A stretch of 52,651 nt of DNA from Gemmatimonadales bacterium (GCA_035761145.1 DASTRQ010000171.1:1-52651), one strand, 5' to 3'; shown: positions 5,271 to 13,563, numbered from the stretch's first letter. Numbers and translations are program-made. The notes: generated by a model not told the origin, from the sequence alone.

Positions 5271-7682
5271 TCAGGGGTCGGAGATGACACTTTCCACGAT
5301 GCGCGTCCCAAGCCAGGTGTACCCGAGGAAGGGGAGCCCGGCGGGGGAGATCCCGAACGATCGCGGGTAGGCGCCGTTGAGGGCGACGTGGCGCAGCTCG
5401 GCCCCGGTGGTCAGGTCGAATGCGTACAGATGCAGCGTCGGCACCGGTTCGGTGCTGGTGGCCGTGAAGAACCGGCCGGCCACGGGCCCGGTGCTGATGC
5501 CGGACGTGAGGAATCCAGGATGGGATCCCAGGTCGCCGCCGGTCGACAGATCGAGCAGGTGGCCATCGGCGATCGCGCGGGTGGAGGAGAGGATCCGGGC
5601 CGGCACGCCGACGTTCAGCGCCAGCCCCACGGAGTCGAGCGAGGACTGGGCCCCCGGCGCGATCGTTCGCCGGTAGACGTTGTATCCGTTCATCAGCACG
5701 AGGGTGTCGCCGAAGAAGGCGCCGGAATGCACGCCGGAGGAGAATGTGTCGATCGCGGCGCGAGGGACGGTCCCGTCGTAGGTCCGCGACCAGTTGGCGT
5801 ATTCGTTCCCGGTCACGTTCACCGCCAGCACGAAGGTGCCGGGGTAGGCGTCCTCCGGAGCGATGAACACCGGTGTGGTCGCCTCGCCGTTGACGGTGAA
5901 CCCGTCGATCGCCCAGTCCAGCGTCCAGGCATCGAGGTCGATCCGGCAGATCTTGACCCCGCCCGCACAGATGGCATAGAGGTACTTCGACGCCCCTCCG
6001 AAGAAGAGCCGGGCGCCGTGGTCCGGGAGCGCGAGCGACTTGAGCACCTCCCCTGTCGAGGGGTCGAGTGCGACGAGCGTGGTCGGTTCGTTCGCGGCAG
6101 CCGGGTCCTTCATGGCCCCATACATCAGGTCCCGTGCCGTATCACTGGCCCAGGAGGAGGGCTCTGGCCCCGGGAGCTCCACGACGCGCCGGACCCCGGT
6201 GGTCCAGACCGGCAGGACGACCGCCGGCGAGGGGCCGGTCGTCGGCGCGGGGGCTTGCAGCGTCAGCGAGAGCAGGCGGCCGGCCTGCAGGACCGCGTCA
6301 GGCAGCTGGAATGTCGCGGACGTCGAGTCGCCCGAGAGGATCTGCAGCGTATCGACCGGGTCGGTGTCGAACGGTCCGCTGTGCAGCTCCGCCGTCGTGC
6401 CGGGGATGAAGCCATGCCCGAAGAAGGTCACGAACTGGGTCCCGCTGTCACTCCGCACCGCCTCGGGGGTGACGGAATCCGTGACCGGCACGGGGTTGGG
6501 GGTGACGAGCTGGAGTGTGACCGCGTTCGACGTCCCGCCGCCTGGTGCGGGAGTGCGGAAGGCCACGGAATACGCCCCCCCGGCCGGGACCTCCGCGGAA
6601 TCGACCTGGAAGGTGACCATGTCCGTCGAGAAGAAGGTCAACGGTCGGGCGACGCCGTTCACCAGCACCTCGCCCAGGCCGCGGAAGCCGGCGCCGTACA
6701 GGGCGTACTCGGTCGTCACGCCGGCGAGCCCCGTCCCGGGTACGATCGAATCCACGTTCGGCGCCGGGCTCAGGATGCCGATCGGCAGCGGTGCGGAGGT
6801 CCGGTCGTCCCACGTGTCGACCACCGTCACGGCCGGGGAGCCGCCCAGGAGCAGCGCGCCCTCCGTGACGACCACGCGGATGGTGTCGTAGGAGATCACC
6901 GTCGACGAGGCGACATCGAGCCCCTGGACCCGGACGACCATCCCGGCCACGAACCCCGTGCCGATGACATCGAAAGTGTCTGCTGTCGCCGAGCCGTCGA
7001 GTGTATCGGGCGCGAAGCCGGTGATGACCGGGGTCGGATCGTAGGTCTCGACCAGGCGCGCATTCGACCACCCTCCCGGCGCGTGCACGCTGAAGCTCAG
7101 CGCGCCGATCGATGCGAGACCGTCTCGAGGGAGGTCGAACTCCACCGTCGTGTCGGTCACGGTCCCGGGGGCGAGCCCGAACTCATCGCCCTGATAGGAG
7201 TACCGGACCGAATCGGCGCCGGCGAGGCCGGTGCCCTGGATGATGAAGGGAATGGGACCGGGTCCGACCATGACCGAGTCGGGCACGGTGCCAGTGATGG
7301 CCGGCACGGCTGGGGGGCTGAGGATGACGAACGACCTGGCGGCGCTGGTCCCGCCTCCCGGCTCACCGGTGAAGACCGTGACCTGGGCCGTGTCCGGGGC
7401 GGCGAGGGCCGCGGCATCCAGGGTGAAATCGACACGCCCGGCATTGACGAAGGTGGTGGGCCGGCCCACGCCGTTCCACTGGACCACGGAACCGCTCGTG
7501 AAGGAATCGCCCAGGGCGCCGACCGTGAGCCCCGGCGTGCCCGCGGTGGCCGTATCGCGCGTGAGCCCGGTGAGCACCGGGGCAGGATTCGGGCTTGGGC
7601 CACCACCGCCATCCCCACTGCCGCAGGAGAGGGCGAGGGGAATGGCGACGATGAGGCCGAGTGTGAGGGCCGGGAAGCGCAC
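5271..7682 (-). CDS. lipoprotein with five IPT/TIG-like repeats and a C-terminal beta-propeller-like domain
   Basis: GTG start with lipobox LALSCGS. There are five ~85-90-aa repeats of the IPT pattern (P-x-I/V-x-x-hydrophobic-x-P...G-x-G-F...V-x-hydrophobic-x-G...TS), then a ~330-aa beta-rich C-terminus. Noticeably more A/T-ending codons than the neighbours. Confidence 0.75.
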   Translation of the reverse strand: MRFPALTLGLIVAIPLALSCGSGDGGGGPSPNPAPVLTGLTRDTATAGTPGLTVGALGDSFTSGSVVQWNGVGRPTTFVNAGRVDFTLDAAALAAPDTAQVTVFTGEPGGGTSAARSFVILSPPAVPAITGTVPDSVMVGPGPIPFIIQGTGLAGADSVRYSYQGDEFGLAPGTVTDTTVEFDLPRDGLASIGALSFSVHAPGGWSNARLVETYDPTPVITGFAPDTLDGSATADTFDVIGTGFVAGMVVRVQGLDVASSTVISYDTIRVVVTEGALLLGGSPAVTVVDTWDDRTSAPLPIGILSPAPNVDSIVPGTGLAGVTTEYALYGAGFRGLGEVLVNGVARPLTFFSTDMVTFQVDSAEVPAGGAYSVAFRTPAPGGGTSNAVTLQLVTPNPVPVTDSVTPEAVRSDSGTQFVTFFGHGFIPGTTAELHSGPFDTDPVDTLQILSGDSTSATFQLPDAVLQAGRLLSLTLQAPAPTTGPSPAVVLPVWTTGVRRVVELPGPEPSSWASDTARDLMYGAMKDPAAANEPTTLVALDPSTGEVLKSLALPDHGARLFFGGASKYLYAICAGGVKICRIDLDAWTLDWAIDGFTVNGEATTPVFIAPEDAYPGTFVLAVNVTGNEYANWSRTYDGTVPRAAIDTFSSGVHSGAFFGDTLVLMNGYNVYRRTIAPGAQSSLDSVGLALNVGVPARILSSTRAIADGHLLDLSTGGDLGSHPGFLTSGISTGPVAGRFFTATSTEPVPTLHLYAFDLTTGAELRHVALNGAYPRSFGISPAGLPFLGYTWLGTRIVESVISDP

Positions 7683-7735
7683 GATGTGTGTGGGATGAGG
7701 AGGAGCGGTGCACGACGGATGGTCAGGAGAAACTT

Positions 7736-7766
7736 GAACGCCGCTGACGGGGTGTCAACGGCGTTC
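7736..7766. repeat. 31-nt palindrome upstream of the IPT lipoprotein gene
   Basis: GAACGCCGcTGACggggtGTCAaCGGCGTTC, 54-84 nt upstream of the GTG at 7682. Confidence 0.85.
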
Positions 7767-7854
7767 GCAGTACGTGCATCGAGGTGTCGCTCAGGCTGTC
7801 AGGATCTTTGACGGACCCCCCCTCGATCCTACGATTCGTCAAGAAATTTGACGG

Positions 7855-8979
7855 TCACTCCTCGTCGCGTGTTCCCCCGCTGAGCCGAGTGACCACGCGG
7901 TTCCGCCCTTCGCGCTTGGCGCGCAGGAGGCACTCATCGGCGGCGGCGATCAGCGCCTCGAGGGTGCGGCCATCGGCGGGGAAGGTGGCGACCCCGGCGC
8001 TGATGGTGAGGTGGCTGGGCTCGCGGTCGTCGGGGAGGTCGAGCTGGGTGGCCTCGATGGCCCGGCGGATGGCTTCGAGCTTGTTGGTGGCGCCGGCGAT
8101 CGCCGTCTCCGGGAAGAGGAGCGCGAACTCCTCGCCCCCGTAGCGGGCCAGCACGTCGGTGCGTCGCACCCGGCGCGAGAGGGTGTCCGCCACCGTGACC
8201 AGCACGGCGTCGCCGACCGGGTGACCGTGGACGTCGTTGAACGTCTTGAAGTGGTCCACGTCCACCAGGGCCACGGCGAGAGGGCGGCCGTACCGACGCG
8301 CGCGCTCGAACTCGGCGTCGGCGCGGCGGTCGAAGTAGGCCCGGTTCCCCACCGAGGTGAGCGGGTCGGTGCTGGCGGCCTGCTGGAGCTTCTGGGCGCG
8401 GTACACGAGGAGCCAGGCGAGGAGCACCGCGCTCACCATCAGGATGAGCCGGGTCACCTGGTCGGGGAAGCTGAAGGGACCCACCGCCTCCTGGCCCATC
8501 CCCGGGGCGGTCAGGTCCCAGCGCCACATCGTGTAGCCCACGAGCGCCCCGTACTGCGCGATGGCGAGCCCCCCCGCGGCGAGCACGATCCGCGCGTCGT
8601 AGCGGAGCGCCGTGGCCGCGATGGCCAGGAAGTAGACCTCGTAGGTGACCCTGCTGTTGACGCCGAAGAGCGGGAGCCCGACCGCGGTGAAGAGCGCGAG
8701 CGCCAGGGTCACCAGCGACACGTCGAGGCCGCTGCTCGCGAAGCCGATCCAGGAGCCGTAGCGCCCGCGGCGAAGCGCCATCCAGATCAGGATGGCCGCG
8801 CTGAACCCGGCCGCGGTGACCACGAAGCCGAGCCGGTAGATGGGATCGGCCGGGGCGAGGAAAAGCTTCCACGTCGGGGTGATCATCAGCAGCGTCGTGA
8901 CCACCAGGCGGGCCCACGCGACGCTCCGCTCCCCCTCCGCGCCGGCCGCCGCGAGCGCCGCCGTGGGCGGCCGCAGCAT
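7855..8979 (-). CDS. membrane-anchored diguanylate cyclase (GGDEF)
   Basis: About 6 hydrophobic helices precede a GGDEF domain with active site RYGGEEFALLF and an RxxD I-site (RRTD) five residues upstream. Confidence 0.9.
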   Translation of the reverse strand: MLRPPTAALAAAGAEGERSVAWARLVVTTLLMITPTWKLFLAPADPIYRLGFVVTAAGFSAAILIWMALRRGRYGSWIGFASSGLDVSLVTLALALFTAVGLPLFGVNSRVTYEVYFLAIAATALRYDARIVLAAGGLAIAQYGALVGYTMWRWDLTAPGMGQEAVGPFSFPDQVTRLILMVSAVLLAWLLVYRAQKLQQAASTDPLTSVGNRAYFDRRADAEFERARRYGRPLAVALVDVDHFKTFNDVHGHPVGDAVLVTVADTLSRRVRRTDVLARYGGEEFALLFPETAIAGATNKLEAIRRAIEATQLDLPDDREPSHLTISAGVATFPADGRTLEALIAAADECLLRAKREGRNRVVTRLSGGTRDEE

Positions 8980-9026
8980 CCGGGCGATGGTGGGGCGCGA
9001 GAAGCCGCCCGAGAAGCGGGTTCGGT

Positions 9027-9860
9027 TCAGGCCGCCTCCGGCGCCAGGTAGGGGCCCGGCGCCGTGGCGGGTGCCGCGCGGAGCCGGCGCATCAGCGCCG
9101 CGCCCGCGATCACGAGGAGCACGCTCATCGCCTGCGCCAGGGTGAAGGGACCGAGGATCCGGTCATCCTTGGCGCGCACGATCTCGATCAGGAAACGCTC
9201 CACCCCCGCGAACGCGAGGTAGGCGCCGAAGAGCCACCCGGTGCCGCGCCGCCGCCCCCGCCACGCCCAGAGCACCGCGAAGGCGCCGAGCATCATCGCC
9301 ACCTCGTACAGCTGGGTGGGATGCACCGCGAGCACCGTCGTGGGCGCCATGTCGGCGGGGAGGGCCACGTGGAGCTGGTCGCGCAGGTTGGCCACCGTGC
9401 TGGGGGGCATCCCCTGCGGGAACTTCATCCCCCACGGGAGCGAGGTGGGGCCGCCGTAGTCGTCATTGACGAGGAAGCACCCCACCCGGCCCAGCGCGTA
9501 CGCGGCGGCGAGCGCTGGCGCCACGAGCTGCGCCGTCCACGCGGTCGGGACCTTGAGCCGGATCCCGTTGAGCGCCACCGCCAGCGCCCCCCCCACGAAG
9601 CCGCCGTACCACACCAGCCCGCCGCGCGAGAACAGGGCGCCGGGGTCGCGGGTGAGCGCCACGTACCAGAGCTTGGCCCCGACGATCCCCCCCACCACGG
9701 CGGCGAGGGTGATGTCGGACGCATACTCCTCCCGCCACCCCCGGCGCCGGAGCTCGAGCTGGATGAGCCAGCTCCCGGTCAGGAAGCCGACCATCATCAT
9801 CAGGCCGTAGCCGGTGATCTCGAGGGGGCCGAGGTGGAGGACGAAGGGGTAGATGGTCAT
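9027..9860 (-). CDS. lgt: prolipoprotein diacylglyceryl transferase
   Basis: N-terminal GPLEITGYGLMMMVGF and the HPTQLYE signature in a polytopic protein of 277 aa. Confidence 0.9.
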   Translation of the reverse strand: MTIYPFVLHLGPLEITGYGLMMMVGFLTGSWLIQLELRRRGWREEYASDITLAAVVGGIVGAKLWYVALTRDPGALFSRGGLVWYGGFVGGALAVALNGIRLKVPTAWTAQLVAPALAAAYALGRVGCFLVNDDYGGPTSLPWGMKFPQGMPPSTVANLRDQLHVALPADMAPTTVLAVHPTQLYEVAMMLGAFAVLWAWRGRRRGTGWLFGAYLAFAGVERFLIEIVRAKDDRILGPFTLAQAMSVLLVIAGAALMRRLRAAPATAPGPYLAPEAA

Positions 9861-9861
9861 T

Positions 9862-9882
9862 GGTCGAGGGTCGAGGGTCGAG
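9862..9882. repeat. (GGTCGAG)3 heptamer array followed by GTCACCG x2
   Basis: Exact tandem heptamers fill the 24-bp tsaD-lgt spacer. Confidence 0.95.
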
Positions 9883-9884
9883 AG

Positions 9885-10946
9885 TCACCGGTCACCGCCC
9901 ACCATCCCGGGCAGAGGCAGTACGGCTTTGGGCTCCAGGTCCCAGCCGTGGCGCTCGCCCTGGGCCAGGTGCCAGAGGCCGGCGGCGCCGATCATGGCGG
10001 CGTTGTCCTGGTTGAGTCGCGGCGTGGCGGCCACCACGCGCGCCGTTCCCTCGAGGCGCCGGCCGAGCGCCGTGAGCAGGGCCTGGTTCGAGGCCACGCC
10101 GCCCCCGACCACGGCGGTCGGGTGGCCGAGCGCCTCGACCAGGTGGGCCGTCTTCTCGACCAGGACCTCGACGGCGGCGTCCTGGAACTCCCGGCAGAGG
10201 TCGGCACGGTCGGCGGCCAGGTCGGCCGAGCGCTGGACCGCACGGAGCACCGCGGTCTTGAGCCCGCTGAAAGAAAACGCATACTCGTCCGGGCCGCTGC
10301 GACCCAGCTCACCGAGCATCGGGCGGGGGAACGGGAAGCGTCCGGGGCGCCCGTCCCGGGCCAGGCGCTCGATCTTGGGTCCCCCGGGGTAGTCGAGCCC
10401 GAGGAGGGTGCCCACCTTGTCGAACGCCTCGCCCGCGGCGTCATCCTTGGTGGCGCCGACGACGCGATACCGCCCCCACTCGGGAACGTCGAGCAGGAGG
10501 GTGTGGCCGCCGCTCACCAGCAGGGCGACGAACGGCGGGCGGAGCGTCGGGTCCTCGAGCGCCGCGGCGAAGAGGTGCCCTTCGAGGTGGTGCACGCCGA
10601 GGAAGGGCTTGTCGTGGACCCAGGCGAGGGCCTTGCCGTACATCGCGCCGACGAGGAGCGCGCCGACGAGGCCGGGCCCCTGCGTCACCACGATGCCGTC
10701 GAGCCGCTCCATCGTCGTCCCCGCCTCGGCCAAGGCGCGATCCACGATATCGGGGAGGGCCACGAGGTGGGCGCGGCTCGCCAGCTCGGGGACCACGCCG
10801 CCGAAGATGCGGTGCACGTCCTGCGACAGGATGACGACGCTCGCCGCGCGCGGATCGCCGTGGTGGCGGGGACCGGCGTCGCCGCTCCCCTCGACGACGG
10901 CGGCGCTGGTCTCGTCGCAGCTCGTCTCGAGCGCCAGGACGCGCAT
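9885..10946 (-). CDS. tsaD: tRNA N6-adenosine threonylcarbamoyltransferase
   Basis: MRVLALETSCDETSAAVV, HLEGH and GGVASN motifs of the Kae1/TsaD family. Confidence 0.92.
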   Translation of the reverse strand: MRVLALETSCDETSAAVVEGSGDAGPRHHGDPRAASVVILSQDVHRIFGGVVPELASRAHLVALPDIVDRALAEAGTTMERLDGIVVTQGPGLVGALLVGAMYGKALAWVHDKPFLGVHHLEGHLFAAALEDPTLRPPFVALLVSGGHTLLLDVPEWGRYRVVGATKDDAAGEAFDKVGTLLGLDYPGGPKIERLARDGRPGRFPFPRPMLGELGRSGPDEYAFSFSGLKTAVLRAVQRSADLAADRADLCREFQDAAVEVLVEKTAHLVEALGHPTAVVGGGVASNQALLTALGRRLEGTARVVAATPRLNQDNAAMIGAAGLWHLAQGERHGWDLEPKAVLPLPGMVGGDR

Positions 10947-11599
10947 CAGGGGTGGCCGGGGAGGAGCCGGACGGCGGCGGGCCGCGCCTCGCCCGAGAGC
11001 CCCGCGGGGAGCACCACGCGGAGCGCGGCCGCCCCCGCCAGCGTGTCGGGGACGGTCACCACGACGAGGCTCTCGCGCGGCAGGGTGGTGAGCCGGCCGC
11101 GGGGGCCGCGCACGTCCACGGTCACCGTCTCGGGCACGGCATGCCAGTGCCGGGTGAGCGGGCCGGCCAGGAGCACCGGGATGCCGGGGTGCCGCACGGT
11201 GATGAGCGCCGCGGCGCCCACCCCCATCACCCGCACCGGCACGGTGGCGGGGAGCACCTCCACCACGCTCGCCTGCACCCCGCGCGGGAGGAGCACGTCG
11301 GAGGTCTCGAGCGGCAGGGAGAGCCGCCCTTCGGCGGTGTCGGTGACGGTCTTGGTGACGGTGACGGGGCGGCCGCCGAGCTTGAGGAGCTCGCGCGCGG
11401 CGCCCGCGAGGCGTACCGTGACGGTGGGGGGCGCGCCGCTCAGCTCGCGCCCCGCCGGGGGCTCGAGCTCGAGGCGGGCGCGGACGTAGCGGGTGACCGG
11501 CTCCTCGAGGGTGGCCACCACCCAGAGGAGGATGGCGAGGAGGAGCGAGGTGAGCTTGAGGGGCCAGTTCCGGGTGAGCCGGCGGAGGAGCGCGGTCAC
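10946..11599 (-). CDS. YbbR-like domain membrane protein
   Basis: GTG at 11599 overlaps the upstream stop (GTGA). An N-terminal TM (LKLTSLLLAILLWVVA) is followed by repeated beta-rich V-x-V segments typical of YbbR repeats. This is a weak family call. Confidence 0.5.
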   Translation of the reverse strand: MTALLRRLTRNWPLKLTSLLLAILLWVVATLEEPVTRYVRARLELEPPAGRELSGAPPTVTVRLAGAARELLKLGGRPVTVTKTVTDTAEGRLSLPLETSDVLLPRGVQASVVEVLPATVPVRVMGVGAAALITVRHPGIPVLLAGPLTRHWHAVPETVTVDVRGPRGRLTTLPRESLVVVTVPDTLAGAAALRVVLPAGLSGEARPAAVRLLPGHP

Positions 11600-12129
11600 G
11601 ACCCGTCGGCGAGGAGCCGGTCGAGGAGCTGGCGGTTGGCGGCGCTGTTCCAGTCGTGCGCGCCGATCTTGCGCGCCACGATGCGCCCGTCGCGGTCTAG
11701 GAGGAAGCTCTCGGGGACGCCGGTGGTCTGGTACACCCCCTGGATGGCGCCGGTCGGGTCGTGCAGGATGTCGAAGGTGAGCGCGTACTGGCGCACGAAG
11801 GCGCGCACCGGGTCGGCGCTCCCCTCGTCGATGCTCACCGCCGCGATCTTGAACCCGCGCGCGGCGTAGTCCTTGTACAGCGCCTCCATCGAGGGCATCT
11901 CGGCCCGGCAGGGCCCGCACCAGGTGGCCCAGATGTTGACGAGCGTCACGTGGCCGGCCACGAAGTCGCGGAGCGCCACGGTGTCGCCGGTGGCGAGCAC
12001 CTCGACCCGGGCGTCGGGCGCGCGGGCGCCGACCCCCACGATCCCCTCGTCATTGGCGCGGGTGAGGGCGAAGCCCCCGAGGGCGAGGGTGGCGATGACG
12101 CCGAGGGCGACGAGCCATTGCTTGGACAT
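11596..12129 (-). CDS. TlpA/ResA-like periplasmic thiol:disulfide oxidoreductase
   Basis: Signal/anchor sequence, then the thioredoxin fold with WATWCGPC. Confidence 0.85.
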   Translation of the reverse strand: MSKQWLVALGVIATLALGGFALTRANDEGIVGVGARAPDARVEVLATGDTVALRDFVAGHVTLVNIWATWCGPCRAEMPSMEALYKDYAARGFKIAAVSIDEGSADPVRAFVRQYALTFDILHDPTGAIQGVYQTTGVPESFLLDRDGRIVARKIGAHDWNSAANRQLLDRLLADGS

Positions 12130-12130
12130 C

Positions 12131-12802
12131 TCAGGCCTCCTGGCTGCAGGCGCGCCGGAGGGCGCGCAGGGCGGCCGCGGGATCGGGCTGCCCGAAGACC
12201 GCCTGGCCGGCCACGAAGGTGTCGGCCCCCGCGCGCCAGGCGTCGGTGATGGTGTCGAGCGCGATGCCGCCGTCCACCTCGAGCGCCGCGGCGCTCCGCC
12301 GGCGGTCGAGCAGGGCGCGCGCCCGCGCGATCTTGTCCGTGCTGGCGGGGATGTAGCGCTGCCCGCCGAAGCCCGGGTTGACGCTCATGATGAGCAGGAG
12401 GTCCAGGTCGCCCGCGACCTCCTCGACCACCTGGAGCGGGGTCGAGGGGTTGAGCGCGAGCCCCGCCTGCATCCCCCGCTCGCGCACCGCCACGAGGTGG
12501 CGCTGCACGTGCACCGTGGCCTCGGGGTGGAAGGTGAAGATGGCGCAGCCGAGGTCGGCGTACGGGGCGATGAAGCGCTCCGGCTCGACGACCATCAGGT
12601 GCACGTCGAGCGGGAGGTCGGTCACCTTGCGGAGCGCCGCCACGAGCGGCGCGCCGAAGGTGAGGTTGGGCACGAAGCGCCCGTCCATCACGTCCACGTG
12701 CACCAGGTCGGCGCCGCCGGCCTTGGCCTCGGCCAGCTGCTCGCGGAGGCGGCCCAGGTCGGCGCTCAGCACGCTCGGGGCGAGGCGGATCTTCGGCGTC
12801 AT
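12131..12802 (-). CDS. rpe: ribulose-phosphate 3-epimerase
   Basis: PSVLSADLG, DVMDGRFVPN and SVNPGFGGQ motifs. 223 aa. ATGA overlap with the upstream PASTA gene. Confidence 0.92.
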   Translation of the reverse strand: MTPKIRLAPSVLSADLGRLREQLAEAKAGGADLVHVDVMDGRFVPNLTFGAPLVAALRKVTDLPLDVHLMVVEPERFIAPYADLGCAIFTFHPEATVHVQRHLVAVRERGMQAGLALNPSTPLQVVEEVAGDLDLLLIMSVNPGFGGQRYIPASTDKIARARALLDRRRSAAALEVDGGIALDTITDAWRAGADTFVAGQAVFGQPDPAAALRALRRACSQEA

Positions 12803-13563
12803 TGCGGCTCTCCGGCCACGACCACGTCCACCCGGCCGTCCTTGGCGGCGAGCCCTCCCGCCGCCGGCCGCTGGCGCACGATGCGCCCCGCAGGGACGCC
12901 GGGGTTGGACTCGGTGGTGATGCGGCCGATGGTGAGCCCGGCGTCGAAGAGCCGCTCGCGCGCGTCGGGCACGGTGAGGCCGCTCACGTCGGGGATGGCG
13001 GTGCTCGCGGGGCCGGCGCTCACGACGAGGGTGATCCGGTCGTTCCGGTTCCGCGCCACGCCGCTGGCCGGCCGGGTGGCCAGCGCGGTCCCCTTGGGGG
13101 CCGCGTTGGCCACCGAATCCACCCCCTGGATGGGGAGCCCCGCGGCCTGCAGCACGCGGAGCGCCAGCGGCGCGTCCATCCCCTCGACGTCGGGCACCGC
13201 GCGGTCGGCGGGACCGTCGCTCACCATCAGGGTGACGGTGGTGGCGGTGCCGAGCTCGGTGTACGGCGGCGGGTCCTGCCACACCACCGCCCCCGCCGGG
13301 AGGCGGGGATGCGAAAGCTCCCCCTCGCGCTTCACCCGGAAGCCGGCGTCGGTGAGAGTCTGCTCCGCCTGCGCCACCGGCATCTCGAGCACCCGCGGGA
13401 CCGCCCGGGTCTCGTCGAAGAGCGGGGCGGGGTAGAGCCAGAGCGCCGCGACCAGGTACCCGGCCAGGGTGGCCAGGAAGACGAGCGACACCTGCAGCAG
13501 CAGGCGCCGGCCGGTGACGGTGCGGGTGATGCCGCTCCAGGGGAATCGGGGCACGCCGGTCAT
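12799..13563 (-). CDS. membrane-anchored protein with three PASTA domains, no kinase or transpeptidase domain
   Basis: ATG 13563 is preceded by GGGAGGG. One TM (LLLQVSLVFLATLAGYLVAALWL) is followed by three ~65-aa PASTA-like repeats, each beginning V/I-P-x-V/L-x-G and ending in a beta strand plus G-P. Confidence 0.75.
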   Translation of the reverse strand: MTGVPRFPWSGITRTVTGRRLLLQVSLVFLATLAGYLVAALWLYPAPLFDETRAVPRVLEMPVAQAEQTLTDAGFRVKREGELSHPRLPAGAVVWQDPPPYTELGTATTVTLMVSDGPADRAVPDVEGMDAPLALRVLQAAGLPIQGVDSVANAAPKGTALATRPASGVARNRNDRITLVVSAGPASTAIPDVSGLTVPDARERLFDAGLTIGRITTESNPGVPAGRIVRQRPAAGGLAAKDGRVDVVVAGEPQ

